Of a stretch of DNA of 41,826 nucleotides, positions 10,404-19,458 are shown piece by piece (position 1 is the first letter of the stretch; the number at the start of each line of letters is the position of its first letter). Made by a program: the position numbers and the translations under genes. This DNA is from a virus (lineage: Duplodnaviria > Caudoviricetes). A model generated the notes under the pieces. The model was not told where the DNA came from and made no database searches. It saw only the letters and a list, made by a program, of their open reading frames with translations. The stretch is from positions 1 to 41,826 of the IMG/VR virus record IMGVR_UViG_3300020530_000015. One strand, given 5' to 3'.

Positions 10404-11357
10404 ATGACGCTGCTAAAACGAAAAAGAGTGCTTGCCGCCAAAGTCGAAGCGACTGTCGGGACGGCTGAGTCCCTGACTGCTAGCGAGGCTGCATTCAATG
10501 CCTACGATGTCATGATCCAGCCCGAGATTGACTTCGAGGAGCGAGAAGGGCAAGGCTCGTTTGGCTATCTGGCAAGCGTGCCTGGAGGGTACAAGGGTAC
10601 TGCTAGCTTCAAGACAGACATAAGCTGGGACGGCACCGGCGATCCATCATGGGTGACGACGTTTTTCCCAGCTTGCGGATTGGTCAAGGATACTGGCGTA
10701 TGGTACCCAAAGACGGCAGCACCTGGCAGCGACGTTAAGACGCTGACGATTGGCTGCTATCAGGACGGTATGTTTAAGTCGATTCGCGGAGCTGCTGGCA
10801 CGTTCAAGATCAACTTGGCAACTGGCAAGCGAGCTACCATCGAGTGGACGTTTACCGGGATTTGGGTGACGCCTACAGACTCGGCAATCATCGACCCGAC
10901 CTATCCTGGATTCGAAACGCCGACTGCTGAAATGCCACTGCGGGCGGCTGGCGTACAGGCTAGCTTCAACTCGATCGCTCTTTGCTATGAGACGGCAACC
11001 ATCGACCTCGGCAACGAAATTATGATGCGTGAATGTGCCACGGATGCCAGCGGCTTTCACTCGGCACTCATCACCAACCGCAAGCCGATGGTTACCGCCA
11101 ACCCAGAGGCAAAGCTAGTTGCCACGCGGCCAAGCTACACCAACTGGCTTGCCAGGCTAGAGGCATCGCTATCGATCGGGCTAGCCAGTGCTACTGGAAA
11201 CGGGTCGTTTGTCTTCGCGGCACCTAAAGCCCAGATCATTAACATTCAAGAAGGCGACCGAAACCGCCTAGTAACTGACGAGCTTGAGTGGCAGTGCAAC
11301 CGCAACGCACAAACAGACGACCGAGAGTTTTCCATCACCTTTACGGATAACAGCTAA
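10404..11357 (+). CDS. Major tail tube protein
   Basis: 317 aa, beta-rich, LAAKVE..GT start; precedes chaperone and tape measure. Confidence 0.8.
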   Translation: MTLLKRKRVLAAKVEATVGTAESLTASEAAFNAYDVMIQPEIDFEEREGQGSFGYLASVPGGYKGTASFKTDISWDGTGDPSWVTTFFPACGLVKDTGVWYPKTAAPGSDVKTLTIGCYQDGMFKSIRGAAGTFKINLATGKRATIEWTFTGIWVTPTDSAIIDPTYPGFETPTAEMPLRAAGVQASFNSIALCYETATIDLGNEIMMRECATDASGFHSALITNRKPMVTANPEAKLVATRPSYTNWLARLEASLSIGLASATGNGSFVFAAPKAQIINIQEGDRNRLVTDELEWQCNRNAQTDDREFSITFTDNS

Positions 11358-11360
11358 CGT

Positions 11361-11732
11361 ATGCCAAGAAAATTAGAAAGCGGCGGAACTTATAGCTACG
11401 TCTTGAAAACTGACCGAGACAAGCAACCGCCGCCAACCTTCAAGCTTCGAATTCTGAGCGGGCGAGAAGATGACAAGCTTCGCGATATTGCAAGCGACTT
11501 TCAAAAGCAAAGTAGCAACGCGGAAAAAGCTAATTTAATTCGTGACGCGTTGGAAATTGTTTTGGCCGGCTGGGAAAACATGGGCGGGCTATCCTTTACA
11601 CTTGACGAAGCGGAAAATCTTTTAACTCGACGTGAGTGCTGGGAGCTTATTGGAGACGCAACACTGGAGGCTAGCTTAACGCCAGAAGAGCGAAAAAAGT
11701 TAGAGTCGCCGCCTTCATCCGAAACGGGCTGA
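11361..11732 (+). CDS. Tail assembly chaperone (G)
   Basis: Position, LAGWEN motif, slippery A AAA AAG at 11693-11699. Confidence 0.8.
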   Translation: MPRKLESGGTYSYVLKTDRDKQPPPTFKLRILSGREDDKLRDIASDFQKQSSNAEKANLIRDALEIVLAGWENMGGLSFTLDEAENLLTRRECWELIGDATLEASLTPEERKKLESPPSSETG

Positions 11733-12043
11733 CTTGCAAAAGATGCAACTATGACGAGTGCCAAAGCGGAATCGGACCGAACACGCCGGCGGATATTGAA
11801 TGTCCTATGTGCGATGGGATTGGCTGTCAGCACTGCATTGACGGTTATTTTCAATTGACAACATGCGGAAAAAAGTTTGTCGATCCTTATCTAGCAAGAG
11901 CGGTAAACATGGCAAGCCATGCTGAAAAAGGATTCTTGCCAGTTGCCGGCGGGCTGCTAGATCAGTCTGCTTGGTTTGTCTCTTTGTGGTCTATGCTGAA
12001 CTGCGAGCAGTCGATCATTAATGACGAGATCACAAAGGATTAG
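11693..12043 (+). CDS. -1 frameshift extension of tail chaperone (GT), Cys-rich
   Basis: The -1 frame is open from the slippery site to the stop at 12043. Confidence 0.75.
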   Translation, partial: KKVRVAAFIRNGLTCKRCNYDECQSGIGPNTPADIECPMCDGIGCQHCIDGYFQLTTCGKKFVDPYLARAVNMASHAEKGFLPVAGGLLDQSAWFVSLWSMLNCEQSIINDEITKD

Positions 12044-12045
12044 CG

Positions 12046-13617
12046 ATGTCTGACGTTGTTATAGCCATAAACGCAATCGACAACGCGAGCAGCGTAATTA
12101 ATTCCGTTGCGTCCAAAGTTAGCGGAATGGCTACAAACAGTGGTCTTCAAAAATGGTCGCTGGCGATTTCTGGCGTTCGCGACGGCCTTGATCTTTTTAG
12201 CCGTGCCGTAAGTACAGCTACAAGATTTGTCAGCCCGTTTATTGAAGAAGCTTCTAAAATCGATCAAATAGCAGACGTAGCTGCTGGACTTGGCGAAACG
12301 GTAGCCGACGTCCAGGCTTTCACATTTGCCATGGAAGAGGCAGCTAACGTAAGCTTTGAAACGGCAATTGCTTCTCTTCGGAAACTTCGCGTTACCGTTG
12401 CTGAAATTGCCAGTGGCAAAAACTTTCAGGGACAAGGTGCGTTTTCGCTGTTAGGGCTGGACGCCGCTGGCATGTCGTCAAAATCTCCAATCGCCCAGTT
12501 TTTAGAATTGCGTAATGCCCTATCTAACATTCCAAACATGAACCAGAGATCGCTTCTTGCCTCTCAGGTTCTTGGAAAGAGCAGCGGCGAACTATCTCCG
12601 GCAATGATTGGTCAACAATTTGCGGAATCGATGGAGGCTTTCAAGTTGCTTCATGGAGGAGCAACAGAACAAACCGTACAGGCTATCGGTGCGATGAATG
12701 ACGCAATCGCAAGGATGGGCGTTGCGTTTGACGGAATGCAAACAGCGGTTATCGGAGAACTGGCACCGCAGATAGAGGCTTTTGCGAATTGGCTAGAAGA
12801 AACACTATCTGAAATGCAACGGATAGACTTTCAGCCTTTAATCGACGGAATTAATGAAGTTGCTGTCGCGTTTTCCTGGTTTAGCGGGTTTATGAAGCGT
12901 GACTGGATGACGCTTGGAGAAAGGCTAAGTTCTGCTGAAGATTCCGTTTTAAGGTTTCTTGAAAGAATAGGAATGGTTCCTGGCATGCGGCTGCCATCGC
13001 CTTCAGAAATAGATGCCGCCGGAAGAAAGTTTGATCCTGGCTTTTCTGGATCCGCTGGAGCAAAAGCTGCAATAGATGTTCCAGAGTGGAACAAGATCCC
13101 TGGAATCCTCGAAAAGTTGAATCAGAGCATAAGGTCATCTGCAACCAGCCCTAAAGCTGCAGAATACGAAGATATGCTAAGGGCCGCGGGAAACGATCAA
13201 AACATAAGATCTAAAATTAACGACTTGATCATCCAGGACATTGTCGGCGGAATAGCAGCTCAATTAAAACCAGGAGGCGTTGATCCTCTTAAAAAAGAAA
13301 GAGAGGACGCGTTGAAGTTTGCAGTTAATGAAACGCAACGCAGCCAAGTAAACGCGATGTTTGATGCTTTAGAGAATCGTCGTGGAGCAATCATTGCGAA
13401 TGCAACTCCTGACCTTCAGGCTGTTGAGTCTCGACTTCTAACAAGAGGCAGAGTAAGGCAGCCAGTCGAAGACTTGGTAATCGTCTTCAATGAATACACC
13501 AAAACATATCGGACAGCTACAAAACAACAGCTAGAACTTGAAAAGAAACAGCTTGAGGAATTGCACAAGCAAACGAAAGAAGAAGAGAAGAAGTTTGGAG
13601 TTAAGATCATAAAATAA
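12046..13617 (+). CDS. Tape measure protein
   Basis: INAIDNAS start, Ala-rich helical sequence, position after G/GT. Confidence 0.85.
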   Translation: MSDVVIAINAIDNASSVINSVASKVSGMATNSGLQKWSLAISGVRDGLDLFSRAVSTATRFVSPFIEEASKIDQIADVAAGLGETVADVQAFTFAMEEAANVSFETAIASLRKLRVTVAEIASGKNFQGQGAFSLLGLDAAGMSSKSPIAQFLELRNALSNIPNMNQRSLLASQVLGKSSGELSPAMIGQQFAESMEAFKLLHGGATEQTVQAIGAMNDAIARMGVAFDGMQTAVIGELAPQIEAFANWLEETLSEMQRIDFQPLIDGINEVAVAFSWFSGFMKRDWMTLGERLSSAEDSVLRFLERIGMVPGMRLPSPSEIDAAGRKFDPGFSGSAGAKAAIDVPEWNKIPGILEKLNQSIRSSATSPKAAEYEDMLRAAGNDQNIRSKINDLIIQDIVGGIAAQLKPGGVDPLKKEREDALKFAVNETQRSQVNAMFDALENRRGAIIANATPDLQAVESRLLTRGRVRQPVEDLVIVFNEYTKTYRTATKQQLELEKKQLEELHKQTKEEEKKFGVKIIK

Positions 13618-13618
13618 A

Positions 13619-14449
13619 ATGGCTGTTTTAGACGTTCACAAAATGTGGTCGCGATTCTCTTCTTCTGTAAGTGCCGACGAAGTCAGCGTTGAGGTCGGCT
13701 ATCAGATTGTCGTCGAGGCAGTTCCAGAGACCTCGTTGTATGAGGTGTACGCCGCTCCTGGGCTACCTGCAATGGGATCGCAATACAGCGACGACTTTCC
13801 GTATATTTATGCGGCATCGGCTAGCGTGGAACGTGTTTCGCCGATTATGTACTTGATGACAATCAACTACACCGGACAAGGCGGCAGCGGTGAAAACAAC
13901 GACTTCGGCGGGGTAAATATCACCTGGAGCGATGCTGAAAGCGAGCAAGCAATCGATGAGGACTGGAACGGGAATCCAATTGTCACCGTGCTCAATGAAG
14001 CAATAGAAGGCGTGACAATGAACATTGCCGATCAGGTCGTCACAATTCAACGCAAGTTTCTAGCATTTTCACCGTCGGCTGTTCACGCTTATCGGCATTC
14101 GACGAACTCAGATACGTTTCTTGGCTACCCACCAGGAACAGGACGGCTCATCGCATACAGTGCGACTTCGCAGAACGGCGGAATATGGGATGTCTCGGCA
14201 TCAATTCAATTTCGCTATCCCTACCGAACAACTCCCGCAAAAGCGTGGTATGCCAGAGTTCGCCACGAGGGCTATTACATCAAAAAAGATAACAAAAAAA
14301 TACGTGCCCTCGATGAAGCTGGCGAGCCGATGACGCGTCCAGTATTGCTAAAACAAGACGGCACTGAAGAAACTGAAAAAGAAAACGCCTTCTGGCTTGA
14401 AGTTCAACGATACGGCAGCCTTCCCTACAACGCCTTAGGACTCCTTTAA
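13619..14449 (+). CDS. Distal tail/baseplate-like structural protein
   Basis: Directly after tape measure; beta-rich; NSDTFLGYPPGT. Confidence 0.55.
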   Translation: MAVLDVHKMWSRFSSSVSADEVSVEVGYQIVVEAVPETSLYEVYAAPGLPAMGSQYSDDFPYIYAASASVERVSPIMYLMTINYTGQGGSGENNDFGGVNITWSDAESEQAIDEDWNGNPIVTVLNEAIEGVTMNIADQVVTIQRKFLAFSPSAVHAYRHSTNSDTFLGYPPGTGRLIAYSATSQNGGIWDVSASIQFRYPYRTTPAKAWYARVRHEGYYIKKDNKKIRALDEAGEPMTRPVLLKQDGTEETEKENAFWLEVQRYGSLPYNALGLL

Positions 14450-14450
14450 C

Positions 14451-14813
14451 ATGGCAAACGAAATCACAGTCTCGGCATCTTTGCGAGTAACAAACGGAAA
14501 CCTAAACGAAAGCATCTCAACTGGTACTCTTCAATTCACGCAAGCCGCGTCTGGCGGCCCGACTCCTGGCTATGTGACTATCGGAACGTCGGAAGAGTCT
14601 TTCACGTTTCCAGAGTTGAGTACTGAAGGATGGTGCTACCTAAAAAACATCGACTCTACAAATTATGTGCAATGGGGTTTCTCAACAGGCGTTTACGGTG
14701 GCCGGCTTGAAGCGAACGAGTTCGCTTTGTTTCGCCTTGAGCCGAGCGTAACGCTTTACATGAAAGCAAATACCGCAAGCTGTAAGTGCATTGTGAAGGC
14801 GTTTGAGGACTAA
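14451..14813 (+). CDS. Virion structural protein
   Basis: MANEITVS start, YLKNIDSTNYV; tail region. Confidence 0.5.
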   Translation: MANEITVSASLRVTNGNLNESISTGTLQFTQAASGGPTPGYVTIGTSEESFTFPELSTEGWCYLKNIDSTNYVQWGFSTGVYGGRLEANEFALFRLEPSVTLYMKANTASCKCIVKAFED

Positions 14814-15199
14814 TGGAAGACGTTTCGATCGGAGCGTATGATCCGGCAACTGCGAAGATGGTGCTAGATGTTGTCAAATATCTACGCCGAAGCGGCTTCG
14901 TACTTGAAGGGCAGATGCGAGGAAAATTCAACCCTTCCGCTCCGCGTCTCCACATCGCCTATGTAACTGAGACGATCACCGCTCGAAGCACTACGACAGC
15001 CGGAAAAGGCAAGGCTACCCTCAAATATATTCCCGGCGAGCCTGGAGTAGCTGAAGAGATAGAAGACTTTGCGGACGCCGCTGAAATCGACGTTTACAAC
15101 GTGGCGTCATCATCGGTCGATACTGGCAAGTATATCTTTGTGGCTCGCGAGTACGGCAGCGGAAAGTGGGTCATCATTCTTGAAGACTGCGGTGCCTGA
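14813..15199 (+). CDS. Hypothetical tail-associated protein
   Basis: Translationally coupled to both neighbours. Confidence 0.5.
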   Translation: MEDVSIGAYDPATAKMVLDVVKYLRRSGFVLEGQMRGKFNPSAPRLHIAYVTETITARSTTTAGKGKATLKYIPGEPGVAEEIEDFADAAEIDVYNVASSSVDTGKYIFVAREYGSGKWVIILEDCGA

Positions 15200-16815
15200 T
15201 GGGATTGAAGAAGCACAATCCTGGCTGCGACTGCTGCGGGTGCGTTTCATGCAGTTTGCCGATCAGAGGCTATCGGTACACTGTCAACACCGACTGCGGA
15301 AATTGCACCTATGACGATTTGTTGATTCGGCCCGAGGTCGTGTCAACATCATACAACGGCGGGACAGACACGCTGACCATCACTCACGACGGAGTGACAA
15401 CGTTCACCGCTGGCCAGCAAGTTCAGATCAATAGCGTCACCTACACAATTGCGACCGTCAATAATCCAGGAAATCAGTTCACGGTTATCGTCGATCCCGA
15501 CCCAGCTTTGACGGCCGGCGATGAGATCGTCAAGCTTCCCGACACAAGATCCTTTCAGGGTCAAAACTGTTCAAGGACAATTCGTTTCCCGGTGGCTGTT
15601 TCTGTTGGTACTCCGGTAACTCAGTCGGAGACGATTGAATGGTGGCAGACTGTTAACGCTCTTGATTGCGACGGAGCTACCTCGACTTGCAAGGTTCTCT
15701 ATTGCACGTGCTGGGACTGTGAGGCACCTGGGCCGGATTTGCTAGGCGGCGTCGAGCCAGACTGTGCCTACGCCGACGAGAACGGACAGACTGGCGATTG
15801 CCCTGGGCAGTGCGAACCGCCGGCAAGCACGACCACATCTACAGCCATTTGGACTACTGGCGTAAAGCTGATCCAGCGATATACGCCGATCACCGTCGTC
15901 TATGCCGAAATCACAATCACCGCAACGGATGTCACCGTCGATATTATCAATCGCAAGGTGCTTTTCTATACGCTTGAGATTTGCAACATCGACTGGGAAC
16001 TGGAAGAATTTTCTGAGTATGTTTGCGATGCGTTTGAGTGCTGCCCGTTTGAGATCCACGAAGGAGCCTGGACGGTCAACATCGTAGCCGAAACTACTTA
16101 CACTTGGACGCAAGTTGACTCGTGCACCTACAACGACGGGGAGCCACGAATCACCCGAGCAATGCTCGAGCTTGACGATGTTTGTGGAATTTCATCGGTA
16201 ATTGTGAATGGCGACGTTGATACCGACCCTTGCCCTAGTATGGAAAACGACGCGACTGGTTGCACCGATGTTAAGTATGCCTACCCGTTTGTCGAAGGGA
16301 TTTGCACAACAAAACCAGTCGACGATGAGACAACCGTCCAGTCAAAGACGGTCGAGGTAGATTGGTGCGAGATTCAGTATGATCCGGTTGAGCTAACGTT
16401 TGAGTCGCCGGCTGACGACGTTGAGTACGCATCTGGCTTCTTCGAGTTTTACTTAAAAGATGAGTCGATAACGAGGCTTGGGCTTGCCGACAGCATCGGG
16501 CACGGACAACCTGGTTGCAACGTTTATAAGTGCGACTACTCGACGAACTACAATCCAGATATGTGCGACCAAGATTCGCGGCGAATCAAGATCCTACAAC
16601 CGACTGGCGACACTACGCTGAGCGACGGCACTTTCGGCTGTAATTGGGACGGCTGCCAGGAAGCCGGGGCGACGACCTGCAAGCCGAACATTGATAGACA
16701 AGCTGACTCATTCAAACTCAGCGAACTCACAACCTACGCTAACGCCCAAACCACTGGCTATTTTGACATTTGCAAAGCGACCACCGTAACCATCGAGCTT
16801 TTGCCGCTGGTGTAA
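15199..16815 (+). CDS. Large acidic Cys/Thr-rich protein, possible tail tip or receptor-binding protein
   Basis: 538-aa ORF, about 33 Cys by manual count, N-terminal CDCCGC. Confidence 0.55.
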   Translation: MGLKKHNPGCDCCGCVSCSLPIRGYRYTVNTDCGNCTYDDLLIRPEVVSTSYNGGTDTLTITHDGVTTFTAGQQVQINSVTYTIATVNNPGNQFTVIVDPDPALTAGDEIVKLPDTRSFQGQNCSRTIRFPVAVSVGTPVTQSETIEWWQTVNALDCDGATSTCKVLYCTCWDCEAPGPDLLGGVEPDCAYADENGQTGDCPGQCEPPASTTTSTAIWTTGVKLIQRYTPITVVYAEITITATDVTVDIINRKVLFYTLEICNIDWELEEFSEYVCDAFECCPFEIHEGAWTVNIVAETTYTWTQVDSCTYNDGEPRITRAMLELDDVCGISSVIVNGDVDTDPCPSMENDATGCTDVKYAYPFVEGICTTKPVDDETTVQSKTVEVDWCEIQYDPVELTFESPADDVEYASGFFEFYLKDESITRLGLADSIGHGQPGCNVYKCDYSTNYNPDMCDQDSRRIKILQPTGDTTLSDGTFGCNWDGCQEAGATTCKPNIDRQADSFKLSELTTYANAQTTGYFDICKATTVTIELLPLV

Positions 16816-16816
16816 A

Positions 16817-17275
16817 ATGTTCCAAGCAATCTGCCCGACCTGCCAGCGAACCTATCTAAGCCGAACAGGCAACTTCGGTCGGACTAAATGCTGCGGCCAA
16901 GGTTTGCCATCGCCAGTTCCATACGTAGAGAAACGGCTACCAACAGCGACGGTAAAGACAACCCGTAAGTCGATAGTGCACTCAGCCCCGATACCGTGCG
17001 TCCACCGAGGCCAGAAGGTTGGAAGGCTAGACTGTGGCTGCAACGGGGAGCGAGAAGTGTATCGATGCACGCGGCTAATTCGGCCAACCGCAGCCACAGA
17101 GCCGGCATTTTGTACTGCCTACCAGCCGGCCAAGTATTTTGGCATCAACCTGCTGGACGGAAGCAAGCTTAGCTCAGACGAAGTGCCATTTCGCGAAATC
17201 GTCGTCTGCCAGCCCGGTCGGTGCGACCTATACCAGCCGGCTATTCCTGTTCTGAAGCCTTTGCCTGCCGTTTAG
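16817..17275 (+). CDS. Cys-rich hypothetical protein
   Basis: CPTC, CC, CVHRG..CGC motifs; last gene of the late operon. Confidence 0.55.
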   Translation: MFQAICPTCQRTYLSRTGNFGRTKCCGQGLPSPVPYVEKRLPTATVKTTRKSIVHSAPIPCVHRGQKVGRLDCGCNGEREVYRCTRLIRPTAATEPAFCTAYQPAKYFGINLLDGSKLSSDEVPFREIVVCQPGRCDLYQPAIPVLKPLPAV

Positions 17276-17432
17276 CCGCTCGCGTTAGCGTTTCCCTGAT
17301 CCACTCGCTGAGCGTTTTTCCTGAGGCGTAGGCGGCCGCCTTGTAGGCTTCCCAGTCCTCGTTCGAAATGCGTCCGATGTTTCGAGTCGGCAACGGCTCA
17401 AATGGCCGGGTTGGGTGCGGTGGTCGTGGCAT
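17241..17432 (-). CDS. Ribbon-helix-helix DNA-binding protein
   Basis: RISNEDWEAYKAAAYASGKTLSEWIRETL. Confidence 0.75.
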   Translation of the reverse strand: MPRPPHPTRPFEPLPTRNIGRISNEDWEAYKAAAYASGKTLSEWIRETLTRAAKRQAKASEQE

Positions 17433-17617
17433 TAGATACCTCGAATTGTTCGTAGGCTGTTTGGCTTGGTCGGGTCAGCAAAACACCAGGGAGCCGCCTT
17501 GGCCATCGCGGCCCAGAGTTGCTCTGGCTCGTCCTGGTGGTCGATCCAATCCCACAGCCTAGCGGCTTGGCCAAGTGTCTTGATCCGGCTGGCAATGCGT
17601 TCGATGCGGTCGCTCAT
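17432..17617 (-). CDS. Hypothetical protein
   Basis: Coupled to neighbours; GAAGGAG RBS. Confidence 0.6.
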   Translation of the reverse strand: MSDRIERIASRIKTLGQAARLWDWIDHQDEPEQLWAAMAKAAPWCFADPTKPNSLRTIRGI

Positions 17618-17808
17618 TCTGTTGCTCCTTCGACAATATATACGGTTGCTGGCTCATCGCCTTTGGACTGCCCAAGCTTTTGCGGGCAAACTAATCCGAT
17701 AATCTGTGTTGGTTTGCCGGTCGAAATCTCGGCGAGCAGCTCGACTTCGGTATCGTCGCCCAGCTCGAGATAGGCTTCGAGATCGCGGATAAGTTCGGTT
17801 AATTTCAT
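17614..17808 (-). CDS. Hypothetical protein (MKLTELIRDL...)
   Basis: ATGA overlaps at both ends. Confidence 0.6.
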   Translation of the reverse strand: MKLTELIRDLEAYLELGDDTEVELLAEISTGKPTQIIGLVCPQKLGQSKGDEPATVYIVEGATE

Positions 17809-17975
17809 GATTTGGTTTGCTCCGCAGCACGAATCAAAACCAAGCAGGCAACGCCGTAGCGAAGCGGGCAGCCGACAGCCATCGTTTGTAGCCGACTTTT
17901 TGCCAAGGCTGCGTTTTGCTCCAAGCTTTTGGGCGTGGTGAATCCTAGTATTTCGCAAGCTTTGCTATAGCTCAT
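17805..17975 (-). CDS. 56-aa hypothetical protein (MSYSKACEILGF...)
   Basis: Read manually, below ORF-track cutoff; GGGGA RBS; ATGA overlap with next gene. Confidence 0.55.
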   Translation of the reverse strand: MSYSKACEILGFTTPKSLEQNAALAKSRLQTMAVGCPLRYGVACLVLIRAAEQTKS

Positions 17976-17990
17976 GATTTGTCCCCATTA

Positions 17991-18020
17991 AAAAGCCGGA
18001 GCCAATCCCGGCGGCTGGCG
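17991..18020 (-). repeat. 30-bp leader hairpin repeat, copy 2
   Basis: 28/30 identical to 18281-18310. Confidence 0.8.
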
Positions 18021-18036
18021 TGTTGATAAGCCATAC

Positions 18037-18267
18037 TTAGTGATTCTCGCTCTCTTTCAATTGCGACAAACTAAGCAAAAAACTTTTCCACTCATCGCCT
18101 TCAAAATGCGGCTTTAATGATTCGAGAACTTCAACGACGCAATTGCCAAAAACAAAACCTCGGTGTGAAGATCCACTTGATTTTTCATAATCCAAACCGG
18201 ACGACATCGATACTTTGTGTTCATTGATTTCAAACTTTATTGACACTTCAAAGCTTGAGTTGTTCAT
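18037..18267 (-). CDS. Hypothetical protein (AT-rich) between two repeats
   Basis: 76-aa ORF with AAGGT RBS. Confidence 0.6.
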   Translation of the reverse strand: MNNSSFEVSIKFEINEHKVSMSSGLDYEKSSGSSHRGFVFGNCVVEVLESLKPHFEGDEWKSFLLSLSQLKESENH

Positions 18268-18280
18268 AAATTAACCTTTG

Positions 18281-18310
18281 AAAAGCCGGAGCCCATCCCG
18301 GCGGCGGGCG
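18281..18310 (-). repeat. 30-bp leader hairpin repeat, copy 1
   Basis: On the minus strand GCCGGGA-loop-TCCGGC followed by TTTT, just before RBS and ATG. Confidence 0.8.
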
Positions 18311-18369
18311 GGTAAAGTTAGCCGACTCCCGTTTTTCGTTTCCCGCGGCGGCCTGTCCGTCGCTTGTGT

Positions 18370-18404
18370 CCTATATTTATATCGAAAAACGAGCACAAGT
18401 AAAG
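18370..18404 (-). promoter_or_regulatory. Candidate leftward sigma70-like promoter
   Basis: Minus strand TTTACT...CGATATAAAT upstream of the leftward operon. Confidence 0.35.
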
Positions 18405-18654
18405 ACACAAAAACCGACACGAGAACGGAATTTTCGGGAATTTATTTACCGTGACAATTTGCCTCAGTTGGCATACCATCCGGAATACGACTGGGTCGGC
18501 GGGATGGCTGGGTCGAGATAGTGCAGCTCGAAAACCCGGCTAGAGGTTACACAAAAGATGACATCGTTGTTTGGCCGTCGTTCTTCGGTCATCTTCGACC
18601 CGTGACGGCTTTTCTTTGTTTTGTATTGTACGTCACGCAGCTACAATAGGAACC

Positions 18655-18879
18655 ATGAAAATGACAATTCAAGGAAAGCACGACGTGTTTTACACATCCC
18701 GCGAGGCTGCAAAATACATGGGGCTGTCTGAAAATACAGTACAACAGTATGTCAAACGAGGGCTGATGAAACCATCAAAAAGGATTGGACTTTATATGCT
18801 TTTTTCAAAGGCAGAGTGCGATCGTTATTTGAGGGAGCGACGTCCTCGAGGAAACCCAGGAAAGAAAAATTCAAAATAA
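18655..18879 (+). CDS. MerR/excisionase-like HTH regulator
   Basis: YTSREAAKYMGLSENTVQQYVKRG. Confidence 0.8.
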   Translation: MKMTIQGKHDVFYTSREAAKYMGLSENTVQQYVKRGLMKPSKRIGLYMLFSKAECDRYLRERRPRGNPGKKNSK

Positions 18880-18883
18880 CCTC

Positions 18884-18912
18884 TTGATATTGTTCTAGGT
18901 AGCCGATACATT
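18884..18912 (+). promoter_or_regulatory. Sigma70-like early promoter
   Basis: TTGATA-N17-TACATT. Confidence 0.55.
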
Positions 18913-19023
18913 TACCACCGCAATCAAGAAGCTGTCGAAGGCGACTGGTTGCGATCACTAAAGAACGACTCTTGAGCATTCTTGCTCAGTGGTCGCACTC
19001 TGCACACCACAAGGACTAGACGA

Positions 19024-19110
19024 ATGGACGTTATCGATTTGGCGTTTTTGTTCGCACTCTTTCCGATTGGCATTATCGAGTTTGTTCTTCTGGCCAGTAT
19101 GGCCAAGTAG
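19024..19110 (+). CDS. 28-aa hydrophobic peptide
   Basis: AAGGA RBS; MDVIDLAFLFALFPIGIIEFVLLASMAK. Confidence 0.4.
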   Translation: MDVIDLAFLFALFPIGIIEFVLLASMAK

Positions 19111-19171
19111 GAGTTTCCGCCCGTTCACATGATGAGTCCGAGGGATTGGGTTCGGGCGTGGTTTTGAGACT

Positions 19172-19283
19172 GAGGTCGCGGGGCTGGTGCCTCGCCGGAA
19201 CATCGGACCCAACGCAGGCGAGGTCGATCCGCCACGGTTTACACCAGCAGTTGGGAGCCAGGTTCGATTCCTGGGCGACTTCA
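19172..19283 (+). ncRNA. tRNA-like structured RNA without a canonical D or anticodon arm
   Basis: GAGGTCGC/GCGACTTC closing stem, T-arm CCAGG-TTCGATT-CCTGG, internal stems GCTGGTG/CACCAGC and CCTCGCC/GGCGAGG. Confidence 0.55.
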
Positions 19284-19367
19284 TAAACGCAGCGAGAGTG
19301 TTTTCAAGCTTTTCTGGCTCGTTGCGGCGGGCGGCGGCACGGTGCCAAAGCCCGTTTGGAAATTAGG

Positions 19368-19458
19368 AGTGATCGCTTGGGTTTACCGAGTCGCGGAGAA
19401 AAGACTATGCAAAATGAAAAAACGTTGGCCGCGACTTCGGTACAACCCATTGTTCCAC
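19368..19458 (-). mobile_element. attC-like site 1 (left end is the insertion junction)
   Basis: GGGTT/AACCC, TACCGA/TCGGTA and GTCGCGG/CCGCGAC stems with two single-base bulges, ending in GTTCCAC. Confidence 0.75.

Noticed and set aside
17614-17958. 114-aa minus-strand ORF as listed in the track
   Set aside because: Better parsed as two coupled genes, 17805-17975 and 17614-17808
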